From an uncultured Sphingomonadaceae bacterium (GTDB lineage: Bacteria; Pseudomonadota; Alphaproteobacteria; Sphingomonadales; Sphingomonadaceae): 47,278 nt of DNA. Location: the NCBI GenBank assembly GCA_938003725.1, contig CALKXX010000093.1:1-47278 (forward strand), given 5' to 3'. Position 1 is the first letter of the stretch. Each line of letters begins with the position of its first letter. The notes beneath the pieces were generated by a model. It did not search any database. It saw nothing but the letters and a program-made list of their open reading frames with translations, and was not told the DNA's origin. Both the position numbers and the translations under genes were made by a program. Below are positions 28,792 to 37,935 of this stretch, in pieces.

Positions 28792-29445
28792 ATGGACGCT
28801 GCCGCTGCCCGCAAAAATTTGGAAATGCTGATCCGCAAAAACGGCAATGATTTTGCGTCTCTGTCGAAAATGCTCGGCAAAAATCCGGCCTATGTTCAGC
28901 AATATATCCGGCGCGGGACACCAAAGAAGCTCGATGAAGAAGATCGTCGCCGACTGGCCGAATTTTATGGCGTGGACGAACAATTGCTTGGTGCGGCAAA
29001 GGCCGTGGGCAATCAAGGCCGTAGCGAAAATGATGACCTGATCCGGGTAAAGCAATTACAGGTAGAGGCATCCGCCGGCCCAGGTGCGCTGACGGATGAT
29101 GATGAGCGTAGCGGATCTATGGCCTTTGGACCGAAATGGCTGAAGCAACTTGGCGTTGATCCGGCGAAGCTGGCGTTAATTACGGTAGACGGTGATTCAA
29201 TGGATCCAACGCTTTGTGATGGCGACGATATCATGGTCGATCATGGCGCCGCCCTTCGCCCTTTGCGAGACGGGATATATGTCTTGCGGATGGATGATGT
29301 ACTGCTGGTAAAGCGCGTCGCAGTGGGCCCTTCCAGCAAAATTTCCGTCCGCAGCGACAACGCGCAATATCCGGATTGGGATGATGTCGATATGGGTGAA
29401 GTGAATATTATCGGGCGCGTGGTGTGGACAGGACGGCGGCTGTGA
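28792..29445 (+). CDS. CI/LexA-like repressor: N-terminal HTH plus S24 autopeptidase
   Basis: HTH LSKMLGKNPAYVQQYIRRGTP, Ala-Gly cleavage site ASAGPG, catalytic Ser in GDSMDP, Lys in LLVKR and C-terminal IIGRVVW. Confidence 0.9.
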   Translation: MDAAAARKNLEMLIRKNGNDFASLSKMLGKNPAYVQQYIRRGTPKKLDEEDRRRLAEFYGVDEQLLGAAKAVGNQGRSENDDLIRVKQLQVEASAGPGALTDDDERSGSMAFGPKWLKQLGVDPAKLALITVDGDSMDPTLCDGDDIMVDHGAALRPLRDGIYVLRMDDVLLVKRVAVGPSSKISVRSDNAQYPDWDDVDMGEVNIIGRVVWTGRRL

Positions 29446-29504
29446 GATTGACGACTTGATATCCACCCTTGCAACTTCCCGCTCTCGCCGCCAAATAACA
29501 TCCC

Positions 29505-30167
29505 ATGACAGAAGCACCCCTTAAAGCCGTGATTATTCCGGTGACACCGCTCCAGCAAAATTGCACGCTCCTTTGGTGCACCAAAACCAATAAAGCGGCG
29601 CTTAGCGACCCCGGTGGCGATTTGGGCCGGTTGAAAGCGGCGGTCGAAGAGCATGGCGTCGATCTGGAAAAGATCATCATTACCCACGGTCATCTCGATC
29701 ATTGCGGACAGGCGGGTATGCTGGCGGAGGAACTGGGCTTACCTATTGAAGGGCCGCACAAGGATGATTTGTTCTGGATTGAGCAACTCGACGGTGATGG
29801 CGCGCGATACGGGATGGAGGCAAAAAGTTTTGAACCCGACCGCTGGCTAGTCGATGGCGATCAGGTGACGGTGGGTGATCTCACGCTGGACGTAATTCAT
29901 TGCCCGGGACATACGCCCGGCCATGTGATTTTCTATCATCAGCCGTCAAAACTGGCGGTGGTCGGCGATGTAATATTCCAGGGTTCGATTGGCCGTACAG
30001 ATTTTCCGCGCGGCAATCATCAAGATTTGATTGACGCGATCACACAAAAGCTCTGGCCATTGGGCGATGATGTGACGTTTATTCCGGGGCACGGCCCAAC
30101 CAGCCAGTTCGGCTATGAGCGCAAGACAAATGCGTTTGTCGCAGATGACGTGCTGGGTGCGCGCTGA
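29505..30167 (+). CDS. MBL-fold metallo-hydrolase (YcbL/GloC-like)
   Basis: THGHLDH, PGHTPGH, GDVIFQGSIGRTD and PGHG. Confidence 0.9.
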   Translation: MTEAPLKAVIIPVTPLQQNCTLLWCTKTNKAALSDPGGDLGRLKAAVEEHGVDLEKIIITHGHLDHCGQAGMLAEELGLPIEGPHKDDLFWIEQLDGDGARYGMEAKSFEPDRWLVDGDQVTVGDLTLDVIHCPGHTPGHVIFYHQPSKLAVVGDVIFQGSIGRTDFPRGNHQDLIDAITQKLWPLGDDVTFIPGHGPTSQFGYERKTNAFVADDVLGAR

Positions 30168-30175
30168 GGCCTGAA

Positions 30176-31009
30176 TTAGCCTAGCGACAATAGCACCACT
30201 CCGGCAGTTACTGCGATTGCGCCTGTCATTTTCTGGACCGTCATTTTCTCGCCCAGCACAAAAATACCAATGAGCGCGGCAAACAGGATGCTGGATTCGC
30301 GGATCGCGGAAACACCACCCATCGTGGTCAAACTCATCGCCCAGACGGCTATGCCATAACCCAGTGTCGCCAATATTCCGGCCCCTATCACCTTTGCGCC
30401 CTCTTTACCCCTTGGCATATTGGGTATCTGCCTTCGAATCCCGGTGATAGCCAGTGGGATGAGCAGGCCCGCAATCACAGCCTGCCAGGCGGCATAGCCC
30501 GCAGCGCTTCCCGCCAACCGGACGCCGAGGCCATCGACAACCATATAGCTGGCGATGAACAGGCCGGCCGCCAGCGCCGCCAAAACCGACTTGATGTCGG
30601 CGCCATTGTTTCGAAACGCCAGCACCATGATTCCCGCCGAGACGAACAGAATTCCTGACAGGCCGGTTAATCCCGGCGTTTCGCCAGCGAACAGCGCTGC
30701 TCCGAGTGTGACGAGTAAGGGGGCACTACCGCGGGCAATCGGATAGACGCTTGCCATTTCTCCGTCACGGTAAGCCCGGACCAGGAACAGGCAGTAACCA
30801 ATCTGCAGTACGGAGGACATGATAATATATGGCCAGCTGGCCGCGTCAGGTGGCTCCAGGACCAGCGCAACAGGTACCGCCGCCAACGCTCCGGCGAGAC
30901 AGATGATCGAGATTGACCACAGACGGTCTTCGCCGCTTTTTACGATGGCATTCCAACCCGCATGAATCAGCGCGGAGGCAAGCAGAAGGCTAACGACAAG
31001 AAGAGACAT
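30176..31009 (-). CDS. EamA/DMT family transporter
   Basis: About 10 TMs; HAGWNA, VYPIARG and AIRESS..FAALIG...LGE. Confidence 0.88.
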   Translation of the reverse strand: MSLLVVSLLLASALIHAGWNAIVKSGEDRLWSISIICLAGALAAVPVALVLEPPDAASWPYIIMSSVLQIGYCLFLVRAYRDGEMASVYPIARGSAPLLVTLGAALFAGETPGLTGLSGILFVSAGIMVLAFRNNGADIKSVLAALAAGLFIASYMVVDGLGVRLAGSAAGYAAWQAVIAGLLIPLAITGIRRQIPNMPRGKEGAKVIGAGILATLGYGIAVWAMSLTTMGGVSAIRESSILFAALIGIFVLGEKMTVQKMTGAIAVTAGVVLLSLG

Positions 31010-31093
31010 AACCGCCGTCCGGTAGCAGGATTATTGTGCAATCACCTATTGTATGAAACCATCATATGACTGCACAAAGATGAGGTGGAAAAG

Positions 31094-31531
31094 CTACCCA
31101 ATCGACTCCACCGGCATCCTGCTGACATCGACGGTGGTGAAATAGGGGGTGGAAATCGCGTAGATCCCCAATCCAAGCAGGGTCAGCATCGTAACCAGCG
31201 TGCCGATCATCCGGCCTTTACCGAATTTACCGTCATCCATACCCACACCATGGGCCACGCGGCCGAGCAGATAGAGGCCACCGACAATCCAAAGCCAGAA
31301 CGGGGAAACGCCGGCGCCGCTGGACATTTCGATCAATCCGATCAGTATCAGCACAAATGGTGCCGTTTCAATATAGTTGCTATGTGCCCGCATCCGTCGG
31401 ATAACCTTATCATTGCCGCCGTCGCCGACACTGACTTTTTCGCTTGCCCGTACCTGTCCCACCCGGATCATCAGCCATATATTTATCAGCGCCGCCGCGC
31501 CCGCTATTGTAAGTGCAATCGGTAAAACCAT
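31094..31531 (-). CDS. MAPEG family membrane protein
   Basis: GDGG...RRMRAHSNYIE and GRVAH motifs. Confidence 0.85.
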   Translation of the reverse strand: MVLPIALTIAGAAALINIWLMIRVGQVRASEKVSVGDGGNDKVIRRMRAHSNYIETAPFVLILIGLIEMSSGAGVSPFWLWIVGGLYLLGRVAHGVGMDDGKFGKGRMIGTLVTMLTLLGLGIYAISTPYFTTVDVSRMPVESIG

Positions 31532-31583
31532 CTCATCCCCCGGCCTCTATCAAAATTAGAAGGCTGCTATAGGAGTAGAATGC

Positions 31584-31611
31584 TTGCAACGCACGGAAAA
31601 TTCGCTATAGC
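31584..31611 (+). promoter_or_regulatory. candidate sigma70 promoter of rpmF-plsX-fabH
   Basis: TTGCAA-N16-TATAGC about 135 nt upstream of rpmF. Confidence 0.45.
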
Positions 31612-31746
31612 CGCCCTTCGCGTGCAATTTGGCTATCAAACGGGGCCAAGTGATTCTCTGTCGACGACAGAGCTTAACTTGCTCCAGCACCTTGATTGGC
31701 TTATTGTACATATACAAGATTTGAATTTTAAAGAGCAGGCTGAGCA

Positions 31747-31926
31747 ATGGCTGTCCCTAAACGAAAAACTACGCCGTCCAAGCGCGGAATGCGCCGGTCA
31801 CATGATGCTTTGAAAGTCGAAGCCTATCAGGAATGCCCGAATTGCGGCGAATTGAAACGCCCGCACCACATGTGCGGCTCCTGTGGCCATTATAATGGTC
31901 GTGAGGTATTGGCGGTCGATCTTTAA
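31747..31926 (+). CDS. rpmF: 50S ribosomal protein L32 (Zn-binding, CxxC...CxxC)
   Basis: Translated by hand (missing from the ORF track): [22 protein letters not shown]...[30 protein letters not shown]; directly upstream of plsX. Confidence 0.96.
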   Translation: MAVPKRKTTPSKRGMRRSHDALKVEAYQECPNCGELKRPHHMCGSCGHYNGREVLAVDL

Positions 31927-31970
31927 TCGGTTACAAACCGGTCAACTGACGCGCAATCAAGGGGAAAATA

Positions 31971-33020
31971 GTGGGAATGAGGCCGCGAATCGCAATTGAC
32001 GCGATGGGCGGCGATGAAGGCGTGCGCGTAATGGTCGCGGGTGCTGCACTGGCCCGTCATCGCCACGAAGGCTTTCAATTCCTGTTTGTAGGGGATGAAG
32101 CCAGTATCGAGGCGGCGCTTAACGATCATCCCAACTTGAAAGCCGATTCGGAAATTTTGCATGCCGAGCATGTCGTGTCGGCAGACGATAAACCCAGTCA
32201 GGCACTTCGTAGCTCCAAAAAAACGTCGATGGGAATGGCGGTTAACGCGGTAAAGGCCGGAGAGGTTAGCGCAGCTGTGAGCGCGGGCAATACCGGTGCG
32301 CTGATGGCTATCTCAAAATTGGCCCTTCGCACGATGCCGGGAATTGATCGACCGGCGCTTGCCGCATTGCTCCCGACCATGAAAGACAGTGACGTCGTGA
32401 TGCTTGATCTTGGTGCAAATGCCGAGTGTAGCAGCCGTAACCTGATCCAGTTTGCCGTCATGGGCGCCGCCTATAGCCGCATCATGCACGGGTTCGAACG
32501 GCCCAAGGTAAAACTGCTCAATATCGGAACAGAGGAAGCCAAGGGCACGGGAACAATTCAGGATGCCGCGCAGGCGCTCAGAGATGCGGACGGGCTGAGC
32601 ATGGATTTCCAAGGCTTTACCGAGGCTGACAAGATTTCAACCGGCGAGGTTGATGTGATCGTAACAGATGGGTTTTCCGGAAATATCGCTTTGAAAGCAC
32701 TGGAAGGCACTGCCAGATTTGTGACCGATTTGCTGAAGCGCAGTTTTTTAAGCTCGCTGCGATCCAAAATTGGTTTTCTGATTTCCCGCCCTGCGACCGA
32801 AATGCTGAAAGAACATCTCGACCCTAATAATCACAACGGCGCAGTGTTCCTGGGCTTGAACGGAGTGGTCGTAAAAAGTCATGGTAGCGCAGATGAAAAA
32901 GGCGTAGCCAATGCGGTAGAAGTGGCGGCCCGGCTGGTAGAGGATAGTATTTTGGAACGAATTAGCGAAGACATTGGCAAGATCGACCAATCTGCGCCAG
33001 TTGAAATAGCTGCTAAATGA
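31971..33020 (+). CDS. plsX: phosphate acyltransferase PlsX
   Basis: IAIDAMGGD, SAGNTGA, GIDRPAL, LDLGAN, DGFSGN and KSHG. Confidence 0.96.
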   Translation: MGMRPRIAIDAMGGDEGVRVMVAGAALARHRHEGFQFLFVGDEASIEAALNDHPNLKADSEILHAEHVVSADDKPSQALRSSKKTSMGMAVNAVKAGEVSAAVSAGNTGALMAISKLALRTMPGIDRPALAALLPTMKDSDVVMLDLGANAECSSRNLIQFAVMGAAYSRIMHGFERPKVKLLNIGTEEAKGTGTIQDAAQALRDADGLSMDFQGFTEADKISTGEVDVIVTDGFSGNIALKALEGTARFVTDLLKRSFLSSLRSKIGFLISRPATEMLKEHLDPNNHNGAVFLGLNGVVVKSHGSADEKGVANAVEVAARLVEDSILERISEDIGKIDQSAPVEIAAK

Positions 33021-33985
33021 ACTCCGAGCGCATCGGCCCGGTTATCAAAGGCACCGGCTCTGCCTTGCCCCGCACCCGCGTTTCCAATGCCGAGCTTGCG
33101 AAAAAGGTGGATACGTCTGACGACTGGATCGTGGAGCGTACAGGCATAAAATTTCGGCATATCGCCCAGAAAGATGAAACCACTTCGACGCTAGCGACCG
33201 AAGCTGCGCGAAAGGCATTGGACGCCGCAGATATGAGCGCCGATGATATCGATCTGATTGTCCTTGCCACCGCAACGCCGGATCAGACTTTCCCGGCGAC
33301 TGCCACGATCGTCCAAAATGAACTGGGTTGTAACGGGTGCGTTGCCTTTGATGTAGCAGCTGTATGTTCCGGCTTTCTATACGCCTTGTCCGTCGCTGAA
33401 AGCATGATCCGTTCAGGCGCTGCGAAAAATGCCATTGTGATCGGTGCAGAGACTTTTAGCCGGATATTGGATTGGGAAGACCGTGCAACCTGCGTTCTGT
33501 TCGGAGATGGGGCTGGTGCAATCATTCTATCCGCCGAAGAGGGAAATAGCGGGATTTTGACCACAAAATTACATGCCGATGGTGCACATAATCAGATGCT
33601 CTATGTGGATGGTGGGGCCGGTACTACTGGTACAGTAGGCAAATTACGCATGCGGGGGCGAGAAGTATTTCGTCATGCTGTCACCAATCTTTCGTCCGTG
33701 CTTATTGAGGCAATGGAAGCGGCTGGTACCACGATTGACGATGTTGATTGGGTTGTCCCGCACCAAGCCAATGCACGCATCCTCGATGCAACTGCAAAAA
33801 AGCTAAGCCTTGATTCGGGCAAGGTGATCAAAACCGTGGATCAACATGCCAACACATCGGCAGCGTCCGTTCCATTGGCATTGGACACGGCCATACGTGA
33901 TGGCCGGATAAAGCGCGGCGATCTTTTGATTCTGGAAGCAATGGGCGGCGGCTTCACGTGGGGCGCATCCGTAATTCGCTACTAG
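33017..33985 (+). CDS. fabH: beta-ketoacyl-ACP synthase III
   Basis: AVCSGF, LFGDGAGA, PHQAN, NTSAAS and GGGFTWG. Confidence 0.96.
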   Translation: MNSERIGPVIKGTGSALPRTRVSNAELAKKVDTSDDWIVERTGIKFRHIAQKDETTSTLATEAARKALDAADMSADDIDLIVLATATPDQTFPATATIVQNELGCNGCVAFDVAAVCSGFLYALSVAESMIRSGAAKNAIVIGAETFSRILDWEDRATCVLFGDGAGAIILSAEEGNSGILTTKLHADGAHNQMLYVDGGAGTTGTVGKLRMRGREVFRHAVTNLSSVLIEAMEAAGTTIDDVDWVVPHQANARILDATAKKLSLDSGKVIKTVDQHANTSAASVPLALDTAIRDGRIKRGDLLILEAMGGGFTWGASVIRY

Positions 33986-34089
33986 CGACAAATTTTCCAC
34001 TGTAGGAAATTCGACATGCTCGTCGCCGATTCTACGCTTTCGTCGAAAGCGAGTTGATAGGCCAAAGCTCGCGGCATTAGCTTGGGCTT

Positions 34090-35115
34090 ATGGCTATATT
34101 TTCACAACTACACGGCTCGATATCCTCACAATTCCTCTTTCAGGTCTATCGCAGTTGTCAGAATTTGGGAGCGCGGAAACCGGTTCTCATGAAGTCAGCA
34201 AAATTTACCGCAGTAAGTATCCGTCATCCGGACAAACGCTTTGATGAGTCAGACCTTACGACCCTGTTTCTGGCGACAGCGAGAGAGCTAAATAGGAAGA
34301 ATGTCGCATGGGATATTGGTGAAACGATGTTGCCGTCCAGCTTCTCTGATCCTGGATATTTATCCTTGTTTGAACCGAATATTGAAAGCGCGCTAAGATC
34401 ATTATTGGCTTCTTTCGTCGGAGAAGGATCAGATCAACTCAAACTGGAGCGATCAAGATCCGGCACTCGTCTGACCTGCGCGGCTCAATCCCCGCATTCC
34501 CGTGCCTTTGTGCACATCATATTTGCCGGAATTCTGAATTTTCTCCATGCTACGTTACCTGTAGGGATAGCGCCTGTTCGCGCGATGTATTTTGCGCATT
34601 CAAAACCGGAAGGTTTTGACGACCAAGGGCGAGAGTCGCCTGTCCGTTGCTATTTTGATCAACCTGCTAATTTCATCCTGTTCAATGACAATGTAATGGA
34701 TCACGTTAACAAGCATGCAAATGCCGCTGTTCTTGCCAATGCCGAACGTCAGGAAGCGGCGTTGGTATCAGATAATTTTGAGACAAAGCCATTGTCTAAA
34801 CTTGTGTATAAATACCTGTTATTCCATCTCGACAAGAGCGGCCTTAGCTTGGATTCAACAGCCGAAACCTATGACATTGCAGAACGAACTTTGCGGCGGC
34901 GGCTGGTACGGGAAGGCAATTCGTTTCGCCAAATTTTAGAGACGGTAAGGCGTGATACATGTGCGCTATACTTTTTGGAGGGGAACCGCTCGCTATCTGA
35001 AATCGCTACGAAACTGGGATATAGCGAGTTAAGTGCTTTCACCCGTGCCTATTCAGCTTGGCACGGACATCCCCCCAGTCGGGATCAATTGAACTATACC
35101 GCAAAGGCGGCTTGA
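34090..35115 (+). CDS. AraC family transcriptional regulator
   Basis: C-terminal double HTH ERTLRRRL...SLSEIATKLGYSELSAFTRAY; N-terminal domain divergent. Confidence 0.82.
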   Translation: MAIFSQLHGSISSQFLFQVYRSCQNLGARKPVLMKSAKFTAVSIRHPDKRFDESDLTTLFLATARELNRKNVAWDIGETMLPSSFSDPGYLSLFEPNIESALRSLLASFVGEGSDQLKLERSRSGTRLTCAAQSPHSRAFVHIIFAGILNFLHATLPVGIAPVRAMYFAHSKPEGFDDQGRESPVRCYFDQPANFILFNDNVMDHVNKHANAAVLANAERQEAALVSDNFETKPLSKLVYKYLLFHLDKSGLSLDSTAETYDIAERTLRRRLVREGNSFRQILETVRRDTCALYFLEGNRSLSEIATKLGYSELSAFTRAYSAWHGHPPSRDQLNYTAKAA

Positions 35116-35134
35116 TACTTCTAATTCTGTGCAA

Positions 35135-35209
35135 TGGTGGGCGTAGAGAGAGTTGAACTCCCGACCCCTTCGATGTCAACGAAGTGCTCTACCACTGAGC
35201 TATACGCCC
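35135..35209 (-). tRNA. tRNA-Val (GAC)
   Basis: Reverse complement reads GGGCGTATAGCTCAGTGGTAGAGCACTTCG-TT GAC AT-CGAAG...GTTCAACT...TACGCCC ACCA; 75 nt. Confidence 0.96.
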
Positions 35210-35269
35210 ACGCTGGAGGCCGTCTAGCTAGATGGCATTATTGGTGCAAGGCTTATTGTCCGCTATCTG

Positions 35270-35647
35270 TTAATTTAGATCGCTAATGCTGTCGGGTTCG
35301 AACAGACGGTCGACTTCCATAACCAGATCTTTGAGATGGAACGGCTTCGACAAGATTTTGGCCTTGGGTACAGATTCGCCAGCGCGAAGTGTCACGCCGG
35401 AAAAACCGGTGATAAACATAACCTGTGTACCTGGTGAGATAGTGGCGCATTGCTGTGCTAGCTCAATACCATCCATTTCGGGCATGACGATGTCGGTCAG
35501 CAGCAAATCAAATTGCTGCTCCTCAAGCAAGGGGATCGCGGCTGTTCCGCGATCCACTGCGACGACTTCATAGTTGGATTTCTGAAGAGCACGTGTAAGA
35601 TGTTCACGCATTGCCTGTTCATCTTCCGCGAGGAGAATTCTGATCAT
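35270..35647 (-). CDS. cpdR: single-domain response regulator CpdR
   Basis: MIRILLAEDE, LLLTDIVMPEMDGIELA, MFITGF and LSKPFHLKDLV; typical context between tRNA-Val and N-formylglutamate amidohydrolase. Confidence 0.9.
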   Translation of the reverse strand: MIRILLAEDEQAMREHLTRALQKSNYEVVAVDRGTAAIPLLEEQQFDLLLTDIVMPEMDGIELAQQCATISPGTQVMFITGFSGVTLRAGESVPKAKILSKPFHLKDLVMEVDRLFEPDSISDLN

Positions 35648-35797
35648 TTGTTCCGCAATCCCGTACAAAAATTTGCCTGTTTATGCCTAATGCTGTGTAT
35701 AGGCGCAAATCTCTTAACAATTTGATGCCTTCCTCCAATATTCCGGCGAACCGCCTTGGCAACATTATTTTGAAGAAAATAAACTTAAGTCACTGAA

Positions 35798-36697
35798 ATG
35801 GATAATCAAATCACCATGACAGATGCCGGATTCTCCGAATATAATACCAAAAACATCAATTTTCCTGTTCTGGTCAGCGTCCCTCATGCTGGTCGGGTAT
35901 ATCCGGCAGCGCTATTGCAAAATCTGAAAATACCGCCTGCAGAGCTTCTGCGGCTTGAGGACCGATATGCAGACAGGCTGGCGGCGAACGCGATATCTTG
36001 TGGATTTCCGGCTATTGTCGCTCATAAACCGCGAGCCTGGTTGGATCTCAATCGAAAGGAAAGTGAAATTGACCCAGCCATTGTGCAAGGGATTTCCGCC
36101 GCTGACCTGCCGGCTCCAACCCGGAAACTGAGGGGCGGACTGGGATTGGTGCCGCGCCGATTAAATTTGATCGGCGATTTGTGGAAAAATCACTGGCATA
36201 TTGATGATATTGAGCAGCGGATCAGCTTATATCACCAATCCTATCATTCCCTTATCTCAGGCTTGCTTACCCAGATCCGCGATAAGTTTGGCGTGGCTTT
36301 ACTGTTAGATTTACATAGCATGCCGCCGCTGGACATTGATGGTGATATTCGATCGGAAGACGAAAGCCATTTGGAAGGACATAATATCGTGGTCGGTGAT
36401 CGCTTTGGACGGAGTGCGAGTGGGCGATATTCTGAACTGGCGATTTCATTTTTTCAGGATATGAAATTCTCGGTTCAATTGAATCACCCTTATGCAGGCG
36501 GATATGTTCTTGAGCGACATGGTAACCCGGCCGGCGGGATACATGCGCTGCAGCTGGAAGTGGATCGCGCCTGTTATCTGGACAGTCATCTAAGAGAGCC
36601 AATTGATAATATAGTGAATATATCTCGCAATATTGGGCAGCTGGCGCAACTTTTATCGAGCCAGCTTTCCGCAAAGCATCTTCTGGCAGCTGAATAG
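35798..36697 (+). CDS. N-formylglutamate amidohydrolase family
   Basis: SVPHAGR, LEDRYAD, DLNR, GLGLVP, DLHSMP, NHPYAGG and QLEVDR. Confidence 0.9.
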   Translation: MDNQITMTDAGFSEYNTKNINFPVLVSVPHAGRVYPAALLQNLKIPPAELLRLEDRYADRLAANAISCGFPAIVAHKPRAWLDLNRKESEIDPAIVQGISAADLPAPTRKLRGGLGLVPRRLNLIGDLWKNHWHIDDIEQRISLYHQSYHSLISGLLTQIRDKFGVALLLDLHSMPPLDIDGDIRSEDESHLEGHNIVVGDRFGRSASGRYSELAISFFQDMKFSVQLNHPYAGGYVLERHGNPAGGIHALQLEVDRACYLDSHLREPIDNIVNISRNIGQLAQLLSSQLSAKHLLAAE

Positions 36698-36716
36698 CTT
36701 CGCGATATTGATGATC

Positions 36717-36820
36717 AAAAAAAACCACCCCGCCAATCGGCGAGGTGGTCAAGGTTCAGGGAGGTGACGTTCTTTCGAACGTCGGTATCGGCCTAATCGG
36801 GGGGATAGAAACCGATACAG
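36717..36820 (-). ncRNA. suhB/MmgR-like small RNA
   Basis: Minus strand shows two hairpins, a single-stranded CACCTCCCTGAACCTT, then a GACCACCTCGCC-GATT-GGCGGGGTGGTT terminator with a T-run. Upstream promoter candidate CTTGCA-N16-CCCACAT. Confidence 0.65.
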
Positions 36821-37025
36821 CGTTAATGTGGGCGCAATGATCGATCGTTGCAAGACCTTAAGAGCAACTTTTTACACGGATATTTGTCATATTAGGCCAT
36901 GTGGGCCTGATATTTTGCTTCGGCTGCGGATCGGCAAGTTACGGTTCTCTACACGCGGTCACAAATTGATTGCCAATCAAAGACAATAGTGCCGATAATC
37001 CCGCCATTCGTGCGTTTGATTAAAC

Positions 37026-37069
37026 AAAAAGGTGGAAATCGCAAAGCGATGCTAAGCTTTGCGATTTCC
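37026..37069 (-). terminator. intrinsic terminator downstream of sapC
   Basis: Perfect 14-bp inverted repeat GGAAATCGCAAAGC/GCTTTGCGATTTCC with an 8-nt loop; a T-run follows on the minus strand. Confidence 0.7.
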
Positions 37070-37096
37070 CAAATCTGCGAATGTCAGTGCGGTCTA

Positions 37097-37882
37097 TCAG
37101 ACCTGCATTGATGGCGCTTCAGACACTTGGGGCACTTTGCCGGCCTGGACCTGTCTGGCAAATACTTCGCGCATGATCTGTAGTGAGAACAGATGCGCAT
37201 AGATTAATGGCAACATACCGTTCTGGTTCAATTTGCGCAGCTCATCGCCACGCATTTCTCTCAATTTCTCTTCATTGACCATCTGGAAGCCCCGATAGAC
37301 AAATGGTTTCTCGACGCCATTTTGCTGGATAGATACTTCGCCGTCCATCATCAGGCCCATTTTTTTGAGCTCTTCGACAAATTGACCAGTTCTTTGGCCG
37401 GCCTGTTCAAATTGCTCGCAAAAATCGAGGATATTTTTTGTTGTCTCTGTTGGCTGATCCTTGTCGAACAGTGGGTCGCCTTCTTTATAGTCTCCGATCG
37501 CTTCGGTCGTTGGATCAAAGCAAAGCGACAGCTCTTTTGCGTCTGGTTGAAGTTTTGCCAGCATGAAGGGATAGCGGCGAACATAAGCAGGCACGTAAGA
37601 TGGTTCGTCAAAGCGGCCTTCTTCATTCATGAAAGTGTTCACACCTTCGTTCAGACCCATTAGAATGAGCGGAACGCTATTCTCGCCAATCGAAAATACG
37701 ATTGGATAATTCCGGCCGGCACTTGAGAATTCATCAATGGTTACAGGGATCGCATGTTGATCCGCCATGAAATTTGCATTTTCGAGGCCCTTTACCCGCC
37801 ATTTGGCATGTTCTTTAGAGTTGAGCGGAACGAGATCCTTGTAAAACATTGGCAATGCTTGGGCTTCGGGCGCGCTGGCCAT
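37097..37882 (-). CDS. SapC family protein
   Basis: HAIPVTIDEF..A.RNYPIVF, YVPAYVRRYPF and LPLIYAHLFSL. Confidence 0.85.
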   Translation of the reverse strand: MASAPEAQALPMFYKDLVPLNSKEHAKWRVKGLENANFMADQHAIPVTIDEFSSAGRNYPIVFSIGENSVPLILMGLNEGVNTFMNEEGRFDEPSYVPAYVRRYPFMLAKLQPDAKELSLCFDPTTEAIGDYKEGDPLFDKDQPTETTKNILDFCEQFEQAGQRTGQFVEELKKMGLMMDGEVSIQQNGVEKPFVYRGFQMVNEEKLREMRGDELRKLNQNGMLPLIYAHLFSLQIMREVFARQVQAGKVPQVSEAPSMQV

Positions 37883-37935
37883 GATTATTCTCCGAAATTG
37901 ATAAATGATTCAAAATAAGTATATTGCCTGCGTCT

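Noticed and set aside
28117-29445. Intact prophage or mobile element
   Set aside because: No integrase, att repeats, replication or structural genes; kept only as an orphan switch.
33991-34016. TAGGAAAT half-site resembling the repressor operators
   Set aside because: The second half (CCTA) is missing; too weak to call without binding data.
35714-35721. CtrA site upstream of cpdR
   Set aside because: Only a TTAACAAT half-site; no second half at N7 spacing.
36889-36913. Hairpin ATATTAGGCC-N5-GGCCTGATAT as a second sRNA
   Set aside because: Isolated stem with no supporting promoter or terminator.
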